IMG/VR virus record: IMGVR_UViG_3300046808_001035
Source of the DNA: a virus
DNA: 64,000 nt
Strand: one strand, 5' to 3'
A model generated the notes under the pieces. That model searched no databases. It was given only the letters and a program-made list of their open reading frames with translations, and was not told where the DNA came from. Made by a program: the position numbers and the translations under genes. Below are positions 21,101 through 30,000 of this stretch, one piece after another (position 1 is the first letter of the stretch; every line of letters starts with the position of its first letter).

Positions 21101-22467
21101 TATGATATCTGGTGATATATTTTTAAAAAGTTTTCTGCGTTTTTATTGTAGCTTAGCGTCGCGCAATTCAGGTTAGATATTACTCCATTATCTAAAACTC
21201 TGAAAGATAGTAAGCCGCTAGGATCTGCAGGAGGCGGAGGCGTACTGTCTAACCGTACACGGTAAGAATCTACTACCTCGACAATCTTATAGTTCCTAAC
21301 TGTTATGTTGTCGTAATAAAGCTGTAGCGTACGGCCTTCGTGATAGTTCTTTAAAAAATGCTCACCGCACCCTATATATGTAAGAGGATCTGCAGGATCG
21401 TCGCATCGCGCAAAGACAGCGTCACCAGTAACACAAAAAGCGGCGGCAGTAAACAGCTTTAAAAAGCTAGAGCCTTTTCCTCGAGTTTCGACACTTCTAG
21501 TGATTAGAGTGTCCAGCTCTTTGGCTCCGTCAGCCACTCGGTTAAGATAGTGTGCGTAAGCTCCTAGATTTTCTGGAGGACACTTAGGCTTGCAAAAATT
21601 TTCGAATGTAATAGCGTGACCTACATTTACAGCGTCAAACGTCGATGTTGTTGTGGGACTCGTATATATTTCAAATGTTCTATACTTCGTTAAAAGATCG
21701 CCGTATAAAGTTTCTGCGTTACTGGTTAACACGTTAGCTGTATAGCAGCTGGACGGGTTTAAAAATAAGGCACCTTCTTCATTAGGAGTGACTAGATTTA
21801 AGCTGTACAAGTCTTCAATCTCTCCTGGTTTCGTACAAGGGTCGTACAACCCTGCGCCTGCCCCTCTAGCTACAAGCAAGTCTACGCTATTTTGTCCTAC
21901 TTGCACTGCGTCCGTATTATGGTTTGCTTTTACAGTAGGTACTTCAGGGTAGTTATAAACCATCAGTACTTCTGTAGTGGGACTAGTTGAAACTTTAGGG
22001 TCAAAAGAAATACTTTCAAAAGTTAATGTTTTTAACCTAGGAGAGTTTAGGGTGACGGCAGATGAGGCTAGCGAGGCTTCAGAGGACGTATACACCTGTT
22101 CAAAATCTTGCTTAGCTATCAGGCCTGCTCCTAGTATAATTTTGACGGCGAACAGCTCAAACGCGAGACCTACAAAGCTTTCCCCACTGTTCTTATAGTG
22201 ATTGACTACTTTGTCTGGAGGAATTAGAGCTGTACCTAGAAGTTCTTCGCTTTCTAAATTTGAAAAGGCTATTTCTAGGCCTGCTAATGAAGTCTTTTTT
22301 ATCTTCGAAATATATACACCTCTAATACTGTCATCAAAAGAAGTGAATAGAATATCTAGAAACCAGTTGTCTGCTATAGGATGGTTATTACCATCAGCTA
22401 TAGCTCGGCGAGCTTTAAAAGGGTAAGATATAAGCTCGTTAGATGTAAGATACTCCAGGACTCCCAT
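15121..22467 (-). CDS. Giant tail fibre/adhesin (2448 aa): anchor module, Ig-like repeats, FN3 repeats
   Basis: N-terminal LEYLTSNELISYPF family module; about 5 He_PIG-like repeats (LPxGLxxxxxTGxxxG); 2 carboxypeptidase-regulatory-like domains (SGxVL...V.ITDG); 11 full FN3 repeats plus a truncated twelfth. Confidence 0.85.
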   Translation of the reverse strand: MGVLEYLTSNELISYPFKARRAIADGNNHPIADNWFLDILFTSFDDSIRGVYISKIKKTSLAGLEIAFSNLESEELLGTALIPPDKVVNHYKNSGESFVGLAFELFAVKIILGAGLIAKQDFEQVYTSSEASLASSAVTLNSPRLKTLTFESISFDPKVSTSPTTEVLMVYNYPEVPTVKANHNTDAVQVGQNSVDLLVARGAGAGLYDPCTKPGEIEDLYSLNLVTPNEEGALFLNPSSCYTANVLTSNAETLYGDLLTKYRTFEIYTSPTTTSTFDAVNVGHAITFENFCKPKCPPENLGAYAHYLNRVADGAKELDTLITRSVETRGKGSSFLKLFTAAAFCVTGDAVFARCDDPADPLTYIGCGEHFLKNYHEGRTLQLYYDNITVRNYKIVEVVDSYRVRLDSTPPPPADPSGLLSFRVLDNGVISNLNCATLSYNKNAENFLKIYHQISYSTNEAYTPDGVYGTNLAIVVAIYNPSARVVPVRAVFNPSPALRQISQFKIAKADSINMSGTSEVLLNCREYVFISTVFAITCETDGGFLDVSVFEKVSDAWLMVGEIFSLPEIVGGACPGTATGGIERYVVTQQNSSLFHEQIAFPDPVASISDFYGNTPAWLLANFDQPSNILTLSASATASEATSQRYNAYFKTSAAGTAIWQLLIDYIAAPEILVPQSGRFSPVNPLILSKSSVYTAENPIIQVSATNMTLFTESPDFNAASFKYTVSPSILPDGLSFSETTGNLTGQLPSSILPGSVFELTFNAINPSGSASNPQTVTFAVAVEAEPIISLVSPPANEIYLTNNLDLHTLATPLVAFTAINLPIFGYDLQGTLPPGLSFDRSTGKVTGRVTASTPGSTQLFVTADNVYGTSNTVSFTISYQVHAKPQFTAPVEGLVLELEVDNTTTSAAPLITAASLQAYGGTDNFAPGLTDATRNYYMAAGLPAGLQLERYTGKIYGKLADSALPTNSLGSSFTLTYPIRLGVYNPVGNDTRSITLVFYSEGVPVINNILPNTTLNVTRGYAYTEKTPLFKVTALNSPTNFIAVGLPTGLVCSSSGYITGSVGLDVAAGTYIVSITASNNLGTSVVETLNLSVPLSLITPAPNSRFALQVDAPTSTLAQVVASPTLAGDAVSLSVTNLPPGIVYSNGALAGSPTSIGKYSVTINATSANSGSASIVIRVEVLPVSYSVSGTVLDASLDPVADIVITDGRDKQAVTNAAGEYTLTGLSSGGYNIVASNNIYSVIPTFQKVQIVSSNQVGINFAVRLDTRLISGYVLAPSEEGVQGVTITDGEEITTTDSYGFYELYVYGSGAKTISPSSEFFSFAPPQIVVPAGTVDVVNSTLLAVPSRKASKPTINSVTSEDKKLIVLFSPPSDDGGRAITNYEYSTDLGEHWTAFVPEQTTSPLEITKHVTADGIFDLVNGTTYNITIRAVNPSGGGSESLIVKAIPGTVPGSPTITSYATVGTSATIFFSAPVETGGVDITSYKYSIDGGTTFIATDYASSPILIPSLVLEQSYSVALKAVNIFGESAASAVYTVVLAVSPDPPTISDITAGDSKLTVAFTLPTDTGSADLYNVGYSINGGATYNYNATPSLTSPLEITGLTNGTSYYVALQVVNVAGKFSVGSNVLIGTPMGLPLAPTGLELTSGDTQLTAYFTQPINGVLLVTNYKYQLDDGAWLPITPTKTGSPVVITGLTNGTEYSVKLKAVSAAGDGEASLAALGTPAALAAAPTITSVTPGNAQLSVLFTKSPFLGGLPLQNYSYSIDSGRTYAVATVTDLSPTTGSFDITGLTNGTAYSVLLKARTAVGLGKPSNSLSGTPRTVPTAPIDLIATAGNKSAAVQFTAPLSSGGAAITNYQYQLNSDAWVSRNPASNSTSFNIPSLTNGKFYYLKLRAVNIAGAGSESASVSFVPAAPPTAPKIAKVYSKRNKLQLIFVAPVDNGGSIITGYEYSLNGGQTYQPAGEPNVGALPDDSTEAPYLIIDGLVNGTTYFVSLRALNYAGTGPASNTVQAVPVGPPPAPTILSIGSTPTGARVRFAPPSSNGGAAITNYGHLTTPAGGVAKFTTLSPASTAIIMDITGLVAGQVTSVKICAINSYGAGDFSQEVSVTPGAPLSPTITSLVSGDRKLTVNFTQPSSSGGAAITNYEYSIDSGVSYIPVNSLVSPFEITGLTNYTSYSVQMRAISSAGNSAASNSVTGTPTNLPSAPTINKIVTVNNVPSVHFTVPSNDGGSAIIGYKYSLDGVTFTATNSVDNPFDLPGLEIGKTYGVSLKATNANGDSPASATFTIIAGAPAAPVIDFISATSSSVQISFTLPEDGGSPLLNHEYSLDGANTWAPLNPPSTQSPLILTTALRANTRHSIRIRAVNAVGAGTPSSPAGVGRGLGSIPEITRVVPEDSTLTLNILPPGNHVQPIVDYKYNVYTNTDTGVYIPFNVAAFPVTSLTIPI

Positions 22468-22485
22468 ATTATGCTACAATATATG

Positions 22486-23373
22486 TTAAGTTGGGCAGGC
22501 GCAATTGGAGTTTATCGTCGCGAGGTAATTTGAGAGCTGCGAGTTGACATCGTTGTACGTACCTTTCAACTCAATAAACTTGTTCTCTAACGAAGTTAAG
22601 CGTGTAGTTAAAACCTCTAGGTCGTCGCAGCCAGAACATGGAGTACAACAAGTGTCTTCCATACTTAAAGTGAACTGAGCTTCACTGTATATGTTTAAAC
22701 AGTTAATACCTAGCAAGCTGATATCTCCTGAGGTAGGGTCAGGTACTACACCATTAATACTCTTGACGCAGTTTGTCGTGGCGCAAATCTTGTTAAGTCC
22801 TAGGTTATCGCCAGCATCCATCAAAATCTTCTGCTGCGTGTAAGAAAACCTGAGATTGCTTCGAGAGGCTACAACAGCATCTCCAGATATAGAATACTGC
22901 CCGTTTTGTGCGTCTATAAATGTAATTCTGTCTATACCCTGTATACCAGGTACAACAGTTCTAGGTTCAAACTCAGCAGCAGATCTGTTGAATAGGTGTA
23001 CACCTGCAGGCTGTGTCTGTAAGCCTTCAAATGAACCTATCGTAATCTTACCGTTAGCTCCAACATATTCGTTGGTTGCAGCTAGGTAGTAATCTTTGTC
23101 AGGTGTATGACTGGCCTTATCCGCATAAAAGGTACCGACCAAAATATTATACTCGTCGCTTATTTCAACAACTATAGCGTTAACTTTATTAACTATTTTG
23201 GATATAAAGAACCTGCGGCTTACGTCACTAGTGGCGCATAAAGTGAAATCAACTATCAGAGTATCTGGAATAGAGAACACTTCGTCACGACTCAAGGCGC
23301 TAGATCCTTCGCGTAGAGGGTATCTACGTAAAGAATTCAGGTCTGTCCAATCTAAGCTGTCGATCCAAGGCAT
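22486..23373 (-). CDS. Tail/baseplate-associated protein, 'NxxxxYP' family, with Cys cluster and coiled coil
   Basis: LDWTDLNSLRRYPL...IPDTLIVD; SINGVVPDPTSGDI; CCTPCSGC followed by a heptad-like helix. Confidence 0.7.
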   Translation of the reverse strand: MPWIDSLDWTDLNSLRRYPLREGSSALSRDEVFSIPDTLIVDFTLCATSDVSRRFFISKIVNKVNAIVVEISDEYNILVGTFYADKASHTPDKDYYLAATNEYVGANGKITIGSFEGLQTQPAGVHLFNRSAAEFEPRTVVPGIQGIDRITFIDAQNGQYSISGDAVVASRSNLRFSYTQQKILMDAGDNLGLNKICATTNCVKSINGVVPDPTSGDISLLGINCLNIYSEAQFTLSMEDTCCTPCSGCDDLEVLTTRLTSLENKFIELKGTYNDVNSQLSNYLATINSNCACPT

Positions 23374-23377
23374 AATA

Positions 23378-25459
23378 TTAGGTAGTTAAGATTTCCCAAT
23401 ATACCCCAAGCAAGCCTACATTTGCTCCTCCAGTGACTCCGCCTCCGTAATTGTTTGATGCTAACCCTGTAGAGACTCGAGAGATCTTAAAATTGACGAT
23501 AGAATCTTCTCGAATAAACGCTGCAGGTATTGTGAAGGCGTCACTAGACACTTTGATAGCTGTGAATGCTGTATAACTGCTTGGTGACTGTGTGGAAGCT
23601 ACCAAAGGAAACTCCACAGGATTAACTGCAGGAGCGTACTTGTTGGCGGTAAGCAACGTGTGGTCTGACAAAACAAGATTGTTAGCTGTAGCCACAGCAG
23701 AATACTCGAACTGGAAAGCTATGTTTCTGTAGCTGCTACCACCCACAATATCTTTGTCACCAAAAATATGAAAGTTTAGCTTTAGCGGCAACGAGTTAAC
23801 ATAACCTCTAGGAATGACTATTTTGCCGATCAGCCCGTATGGAGTTGTTGAAGGAGGAGGTAATTTTATGTATGAAGTTAACCCTATAAACTCTAGTCTG
23901 GCATTTATGGGCTCGATAGAGTCTACCTGACCTACAAGTCCTTTAGACGTATAGTCGATGAAGTAGGCTCCTGAGTTTGGGGCTTTTTCTACAATTGTTA
24001 TTCCGTTTCGGCCCTCAATAGAGGCTACTACAGGAGTAACTACAGCTTTAAATTCACCTTCAGGCTTGCTATAAGTAATTGCTGCAATTGCTCTGTTCGC
24101 AGTATACTCAGGAACTCTGGGAGAGCTCGGATAATTGAATTCTTCTGCGTCTGTGGTAGCAGAGCTAGGACGGTAGCCTAACAGCTTAAACTTTGGGTCA
24201 ATATCTACAAGGAGATCTCCAGTTTCTGTTGTTTCAGAAGGAATGTCTTTGCTGTAGAACTTTATGAAATTAGAAGGCCTATTTGTATAATTTCCAGATG
24301 GGTCTACAGCATCAAAAGGAGCAAGCGAGCGCACCAGCTGAGTTCTCAGTGCCGGGTTGAACTTAGAGAAGCTGACAAACATTCGAATACGGTTATTGTC
24401 TGCGTCTAGCTCATCCTTAATATCACTCCAGGTAGCTGTAGGTAAGATATCCGCGTATCCTGAAGACCAAGGCTGTTCTCCGTCGTTATTCTTAAACCAC
24501 CAGATACCGTATTCGTTAACAGAAAATGTGCCGTCTGGGTCGTAGTCGTTGCGATAACGCTCTAAGGTTCCGTTCGTGTACAACTGAATAAAGTTGGCAG
24601 GTACAGGAGGCAAGTCTCTTCTAAGCTCTAGAGCTTCAGCTTTCTCGTAGTCTTCAAGCTCGTCATCAGCGTCTAGTGTGACGGTTAATTGAGGAATGTT
24701 ATAGTAAAATAATGCTCCTGCAGGTACAGGAGTGCCTGAGGAGGCAGCAGCCACCCAACCAAGCTTAGAGGTGTCTGATCCTGTAATTGTCCATGCACCG
24801 CTACTGCTGTCTAACTCGGGTGTTCCGGCCACACGGTCTAGCAAATGGTATCGGTAGTTTATAAAAAACTGAGAAAATTCATCTACATTTGTGTGCAACA
24901 AAAAACTAGTTTTGCTGATCGCGTATCCAACATAGACAGGAATGCCGGAAGGGTCTTTTGTAATCTTACCTAAATTTTTAGCAGATAAAAAATACGGACC
25001 TACAGAAAAAGTTTCACCTGGTTGAAGAATGCCTCTGTCAGGATGGTCTAGGGCTATTGCAAGCTCGCATAAGCCTTCAATATATAAGTCAGCCGTCCGT
25101 GTATTCGGGTAAACCATCTTGGTAATACCGAAAGAGTAGTTTGAGTTTTTGGGAGCGAACAAGGAAGAACTTTGCGCTGAGGTGAACCCTGTTATGCTTC
25201 TGGAAATACCTGCACCTTGAGCATCGCTTCTGAAGTAGACAATATTTAAAGTGTCAGGCTTTATGTGCGGCAGCTCTTCTGGATGTACTGGTTGATTAAA
25301 AGCGAGCAACACAGACTTACCTGCAAGCTCGTTAAATTTCTCATAGAGATGCTGCTCTCTCTGAGTCATCTGATCAATAGGTACGTTAATCGTAGCTTGA
25401 TCTACAGTTTCACCATCTTTAATACGCCTAACTAGAGGCAGCCATGGAGTTAAGCTCAT
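23378..25459 (-). CDS. Putative baseplate/tail-fibre proximal structural protein
   Basis: Likely start ATG 25459 (MSLTPW); N-terminal DGETVDQATINVPIDQMTQREQHL resembles fibre attachment segments; follows the baseplate genes. Confidence 0.55.
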   Translation of the reverse strand: MSLTPWLPLVRRIKDGETVDQATINVPIDQMTQREQHLYEKFNELAGKSVLLAFNQPVHPEELPHIKPDTLNIVYFRSDAQGAGISRSITGFTSAQSSSLFAPKNSNYSFGITKMVYPNTRTADLYIEGLCELAIALDHPDRGILQPGETFSVGPYFLSAKNLGKITKDPSGIPVYVGYAISKTSFLLHTNVDEFSQFFINYRYHLLDRVAGTPELDSSSGAWTITGSDTSKLGWVAAASSGTPVPAGALFYYNIPQLTVTLDADDELEDYEKAEALELRRDLPPVPANFIQLYTNGTLERYRNDYDPDGTFSVNEYGIWWFKNNDGEQPWSSGYADILPTATWSDIKDELDADNNRIRMFVSFSKFNPALRTQLVRSLAPFDAVDPSGNYTNRPSNFIKFYSKDIPSETTETGDLLVDIDPKFKLLGYRPSSATTDAEEFNYPSSPRVPEYTANRAIAAITYSKPEGEFKAVVTPVVASIEGRNGITIVEKAPNSGAYFIDYTSKGLVGQVDSIEPINARLEFIGLTSYIKLPPPSTTPYGLIGKIVIPRGYVNSLPLKLNFHIFGDKDIVGGSSYRNIAFQFEYSAVATANNLVLSDHTLLTANKYAPAVNPVEFPLVASTQSPSSYTAFTAIKVSSDAFTIPAAFIREDSIVNFKISRVSTGLASNNYGGGVTGGANVGLLGVYWEILTT

Positions 25460-25461
25460 AA

Positions 25462-26025
25462 TTATGGAAGTAATACTCTGACACCCCAAGTTATGGTGAA
25501 GTTGTAGCTAGAGTTATATTGAATAGGGTTAAAATTCGTTCTAGAAAAGACTGTGTCTTTTGCTAGCTCGTCTGCAGCCACAGCTGAAACCAAAGCCACT
25601 TCATAAATTCTGCTGGTGGAGTCAAAACTTGCTCCCCCGGCTTTTGTTGCAGATGTGATCATCGTAGAGAAAAGAACAACGTTCTCATCATAACCTAGAG
25701 AAGTTTGGTATGTGGGTGAGAAAGTTAAAGGCTCTCTCAAATAACCATAAGGCGCAACATAGTTCAAAAACTTGTCCGAATAGTCTACATCTATAGTACG
25801 AGGCACTAAGGTACCAGTATCATTATTGTATCCAATGTACATGCCCCAAATCTTTGCATACTGATCACCGCCAAGTGCGTGAGCTATAATCTTTGCCCCA
25901 CCTTTAAGTATCATGTTGCGTTTATCAACAACCAGCTCAGATACTCCTGTGGTTTGGTGCGTTTTCCAGATCTTGACGAAGCCTGTAAGAGAGTCCGACG
26001 TATTCAAATTTTCGTTAGTTGGCAT
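25462..26025 (-). CDS. Putative baseplate/tail collar protein
   Basis: NMILKGG...IYEVAL...FSRTNFNPI...FTITWGV pattern typical of small myophage baseplate/fibre-base proteins; position fits. Confidence 0.55.
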   Translation of the reverse strand: MPTNENLNTSDSLTGFVKIWKTHQTTGVSELVVDKRNMILKGGAKIIAHALGGDQYAKIWGMYIGYNNDTGTLVPRTIDVDYSDKFLNYVAPYGYLREPLTFSPTYQTSLGYDENVVLFSTMITSATKAGGASFDSTSRIYEVALVSAVAADELAKDTVFSRTNFNPIQYNSSYNFTITWGVRVLLP

Positions 26026-26050
26026 AAAGCTATATTATATGTATGCAGGG

Positions 26051-27898
26051 CTAAAAGTCTATTAAGAAGATCGATGGAACTTCTCTAGTCGAGGGCGTTC
26101 TCGGAAATAGCTCGCCTGGCGGTTTTACCTGTAAAGGGATGTCGGTACGTAGTGCGCCTGTAGATATACCTGACAAAGGCGAAGCATTATTGTTAATGAA
26201 CATCTCATCTATGTTAGTTACATGATTAAACTTTGCTGAACCGTCTGCATGTAGTGGTTGACCATTGCGATAAGGCCCTAAAGAGACGCAAAAAAGTCTA
26301 TTAATATAGTCTTTATAGTAATCTGGGTCGCTAAGGTCACCAGGTCTAGACCCATTTAGCCCAGATGAGCCGTCAATGCTAAAGAGCTCGTCAGGAAAAC
26401 CTGGAATACGTAACTTACTATTTAAGTTTGTCATTGTTTCTTCAGCTAGCTGGAGCTTGAGAAGAACAAGAGTGAATACGTGTGCAGGTAGTAGAGGTTG
26501 CAGTGTAGAGAATAAAGAAAAAAACAAGTCTAATCTCTCTCGATTGTAGAAATCTAGCTTTAGCAGCAGTGTGTTATTCTTAAAAATATTCACAAAAAGG
26601 AAATCTACTGGGTTGATTACCATTGTAGTTGTTTGCCCTTCTTTAAACTGCAGGGCTTGTAATAATTTCTGCTTACGTGCAGGCTGGTTAATGTAATCTT
26701 GAAACGCCTGGACATCTTCAGGTCTTCCTTCTACAGGAAAAACAAGCCTGTTGTTCGGTGCGGGCAGTGCACCTAAATAAGTTATAACTTCATCTGTGTT
26801 GACGAAAAAAAGTTGTTGTTCTGTATTAGCGGCAAAAACATGAGATGGAAAGCCTAGCTTGCTTGAGTATAACTCAGTCTTCCACCACAAAGGGTCGATG
26901 GCTGTGTCTACAATCTGAATGTGCTCTGTCAAAGGTTCTCCAGAAAAAATAACACTACCTTCATTCAGGTCTCCTCTGAAATACTGATCTGCAGGAATTT
27001 TATAAACATGTTTGTCTGTGATAGCGTATTGGTACCTTTCGTCAGAATACATGTGTTCTATAACCTCACGAGACTCTATCGCTACAGGAGCATTAACCAG
27101 CATAGCAAACATCGAGTTTAGTGCTGTTATTGTAGCCCCTTCGACCTGTAAATTTATAATAGCTCCTAGCAAATTCTTGTAGCTTTCAGAAGTCGGTAAA
27201 TTAATATCAAAAATAGTTCCAAAATTTTTATATACCTGAGAGTCATCTACGGATGCCATATACATCCATAAGACAATAAACTCATCCTCAACAAGCTCTC
27301 CTTCTGATGTTTTGTATGTAGCTACTTTGCCTAGGTCTTCGACTACTTTAGCTTTAGGAATATACTCGTTGTTGAATAGATCCGTCTTAAAATATAATGT
27401 GTTTTCGTTGAGTACAACGTCAACCCCAGGAATAAGTAAAAGTGACGGAGCAATGACCCGGTTAGCTACAAGTCCTGGGGAAGATAACTTAATTTTAGGA
27501 GTAAAACTAAATATCTGCCCTCCTAATGTTTCTTTTGGGAAGCCAAACCTAAAAAGCTGGTTGGCATAAAATAAATCTGACTCAGGTTGGTAACCAAAAA
27601 CTGCACCGTTGGGAGAGTATACGAAAGGAGCTTTATTGTATTCAGACTTTTTAATAACTAGAGGCAACCACTTTTCTTTATGAAACAAGTCGATGTCTTT
27701 AACCGAATACTGATTTACAGTTTCTATTAAGTTATAGTACGACTGAATAACCTCTTCAGCAAGGGCAGTGGTATACCCTTTCAGCTCGTTACGGTCTTGA
27801 AATATCTGCGACCAAAAAGAACCTAGAGTTCTGTACAAATGCTGACCATCTGTAACATCCCCAGCAGGAAAATTCAAAGAAAGAATGTCGCTTAGCAT
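26051..27898 (-). CDS. Putative baseplate wedge protein
   Basis: 615 aa directly after baseplate J; C-terminal LQPLLPAH motif as in gpI/gp7-type wedge proteins. Confidence 0.55.
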   Translation of the reverse strand: MLSDILSLNFPAGDVTDGQHLYRTLGSFWSQIFQDRNELKGYTTALAEEVIQSYYNLIETVNQYSVKDIDLFHKEKWLPLVIKKSEYNKAPFVYSPNGAVFGYQPESDLFYANQLFRFGFPKETLGGQIFSFTPKIKLSSPGLVANRVIAPSLLLIPGVDVVLNENTLYFKTDLFNNEYIPKAKVVEDLGKVATYKTSEGELVEDEFIVLWMYMASVDDSQVYKNFGTIFDINLPTSESYKNLLGAIINLQVEGATITALNSMFAMLVNAPVAIESREVIEHMYSDERYQYAITDKHVYKIPADQYFRGDLNEGSVIFSGEPLTEHIQIVDTAIDPLWWKTELYSSKLGFPSHVFAANTEQQLFFVNTDEVITYLGALPAPNNRLVFPVEGRPEDVQAFQDYINQPARKQKLLQALQFKEGQTTTMVINPVDFLFVNIFKNNTLLLKLDFYNRERLDLFFSLFSTLQPLLPAHVFTLVLLKLQLAEETMTNLNSKLRIPGFPDELFSIDGSSGLNGSRPGDLSDPDYYKDYINRLFCVSLGPYRNGQPLHADGSAKFNHVTNIDEMFINNNASPLSGISTGALRTDIPLQVKPPGELFPRTPSTREVPSIFLIDF

Positions 27899-27900
27899 GA

Positions 27901-29514
27901 TTAAGTGATGTTAATACCGATATTGTCTATCGGCTGTACAGCGCCGTTTTCTACTCTGTAGTAATCTATAAAGTAGTTTGTGGTTTTAGGGCTGACGCCT
28001 TTAGGTATGTCGTAAGGCATCAATAGCGCATCATCGCTGTTTAAATATATGACAGAGCCGTCTGGTGCTAGAATTTGACCACTCATAGCGATAGGTAGGT
28101 CGACCCGTTTGATGTTATAGTTGTGACACAACTTAATAATGTTTGAAGCATACAGCTGCTCGCCAAACGGTATAGTATTCACATAGTTAAAAATATCTTT
28201 TTTTAACTGCTGTAAGTTTAGCGAAGCGTATGTATCTATAGGATTTTTCTTAACTAGATTAATCTGCATTGTAACCAAGCAGGGTACAACCGCTTTAACC
28301 AGATAGTCTGCGCAAGCCAGCCGCTGAGAGTCTATAAGCAGCAAGTCCTGCATTTCGAGAAGATTTGGCTGCCCTAAAATATGTAGTTCAAAGTCTAGTT
28401 CAGTCACATTGGCTGGAGCTTCATACTGAAATGTGACTGTGGCTGTTTGATATTTAGAGAACCTTGCATCTCTATCAGTCAAACCTTCATTATTACGTTG
28501 TCCGTAAAAAATAGAATGCCCGAAAGTTGTGTTTTTGATTATCAGCGTTCCGCCAAAACTAATATCTGTAGTCTTTGGTATGATAGACTGAATATAGTAG
28601 AACCCTGGCGCATCCGTATTCGCGATAAACACCTGCCATATGTTTTGAGCTGCGTCAACCAACGTACCTTTTTTTGTTACGGCCAACGTTTGAAGCCCTA
28701 GGCTGCTACGGACATATACATCAGCCTTACCAAATGTAGCTATACCGAAAATGTTTTGCTTATCTCTCTGCATCTCATCGTCGTTGGCTCCACAAACAGA
28801 AAGCTCTTGGAAGCCCACAAAAGTGTCTTTAAACTTATTACGTATTCCGAATTCAGACTCGAGTTTACTATTACCTATATTACTCTTCAGCTTAGCGATA
28901 AGTTGCTTATCTGTTTCTGGGGCTCGGCCTCCAGAGAAGTTGCCGTAAGCTTCTGCGCGTACAAAGTCTCTCAAGTAATATTTTTCAGGTATAGAAAACA
29001 CCGTACCTGAAGGTATTTGGTAGTCTGGTCCAGAGTTCTCGGCCTCTACATCTAGAATAAAATAATATAGCCCTTGATCGCTGTACACCTGAATCTCTTC
29101 GAGAACTGCCGATGGGTTAGGGCTAGCGTAAGTATCTTTAGATACGAGAAAGTTTAAGTTTAAAGCCGACTGAACAAACGTGAACCCTTGGTTTAAATTA
29201 TACTCAGACGCTGAAGAGACAGTAACACGTATTCTCCCAGTAACCTTCGAGCCTCGACTTCTGTATGTGTTGTAATTAGACGCCACCTTATCTATGGCTT
29301 CTGAATATGTGTCTTCGGTAGAATTTAATGCGGTAGCTATAGCGTTTGACTGACTTAACTCTGTAATACGATTGTACTGCTCATTTTGTATGGTGGCGGC
29401 CAGCTTGATAAGTAACTCACTAATGACTGAACCTGGCCCTGTCTCAATATCTGTAAAATTTTGAGCTATAAACGCGGTTATTCTATCTACAGTATTCTCG
29501 AATGATTCTGCCAT
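27901..29514 (-). CDS. Baseplate J-like wedge protein
   Basis: DIETGPGSVISELLIK, IDKVASNYNTYR, VEAENSGPDYQI, FSGGRAPETDKQL, GKADVYV match baseplate J hallmarks. Confidence 0.85.
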   Translation of the reverse strand: MAESFENTVDRITAFIAQNFTDIETGPGSVISELLIKLAATIQNEQYNRITELSQSNAIATALNSTEDTYSEAIDKVASNYNTYRSRGSKVTGRIRVTVSSASEYNLNQGFTFVQSALNLNFLVSKDTYASPNPSAVLEEIQVYSDQGLYYFILDVEAENSGPDYQIPSGTVFSIPEKYYLRDFVRAEAYGNFSGGRAPETDKQLIAKLKSNIGNSKLESEFGIRNKFKDTFVGFQELSVCGANDDEMQRDKQNIFGIATFGKADVYVRSSLGLQTLAVTKKGTLVDAAQNIWQVFIANTDAPGFYYIQSIIPKTTDISFGGTLIIKNTTFGHSIFYGQRNNEGLTDRDARFSKYQTATVTFQYEAPANVTELDFELHILGQPNLLEMQDLLLIDSQRLACADYLVKAVVPCLVTMQINLVKKNPIDTYASLNLQQLKKDIFNYVNTIPFGEQLYASNIIKLCHNYNIKRVDLPIAMSGQILAPDGSVIYLNSDDALLMPYDIPKGVSPKTTNYFIDYYRVENGAVQPIDNIGINIT

Positions 29515-29517
29515 ATA

Positions 29518-29997
29518 TTATTTCGGTAAAGGTACTAAAAATTTAACCTCTTCGCCAGCTTCGGTATATATCGTAACATCAAAAGCAGCATACGAGCCAT
29601 ATAGGCTGACTCCTGCTAATTCTGCTCTAACTATACGCTCGTCAGGAGGTATTTCAGGTCTGGATGTTTGATATTCTCGCAAAAGCAATACTGCGTCGTA
29701 ACTTGCGCTAGAAAATATTTGCATAGCCGCCAGTTTATCTACAGGAGATATTCCAGCCTTTATAGTAGACATAAAGTCTGTACCAAAATTAGGATAATTT
29801 GGCTGCGATCCCAGATCTGAAAGAAGCAATATGGCGTAACGCTGCAGAAGCTTCTGTACACCTGCACAAAATTTAGCCTGTCTGCCAAAAGAGGCAGATA
29901 CATCTTGAGCTCCTACACGCATGGCGTCAGGGTTCTGAAAGATACTTATATCCTTCTTTCTTCCTGTATAGTCCGTAGATGTTCCTGATATAGGCAT
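29518..29997 (-). CDS. gp25-like baseplate wedge/sheath initiator
   Basis: GVQKLLQRYAILLLSDLGSQPNYPNFGT; immediately upstream of baseplate J. Confidence 0.75.
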   Translation of the reverse strand: MPISGTSTDYTGRKKDISIFQNPDAMRVGAQDVSASFGRQAKFCAGVQKLLQRYAILLLSDLGSQPNYPNFGTDFMSTIKAGISPVDKLAAMQIFSSASYDAVLLLREYQTSRPEIPPDERIVRAELAGVSLYGSYAAFDVTIYTEAGEEVKFLVPLPK

Positions 29998-30000
29998 AGG

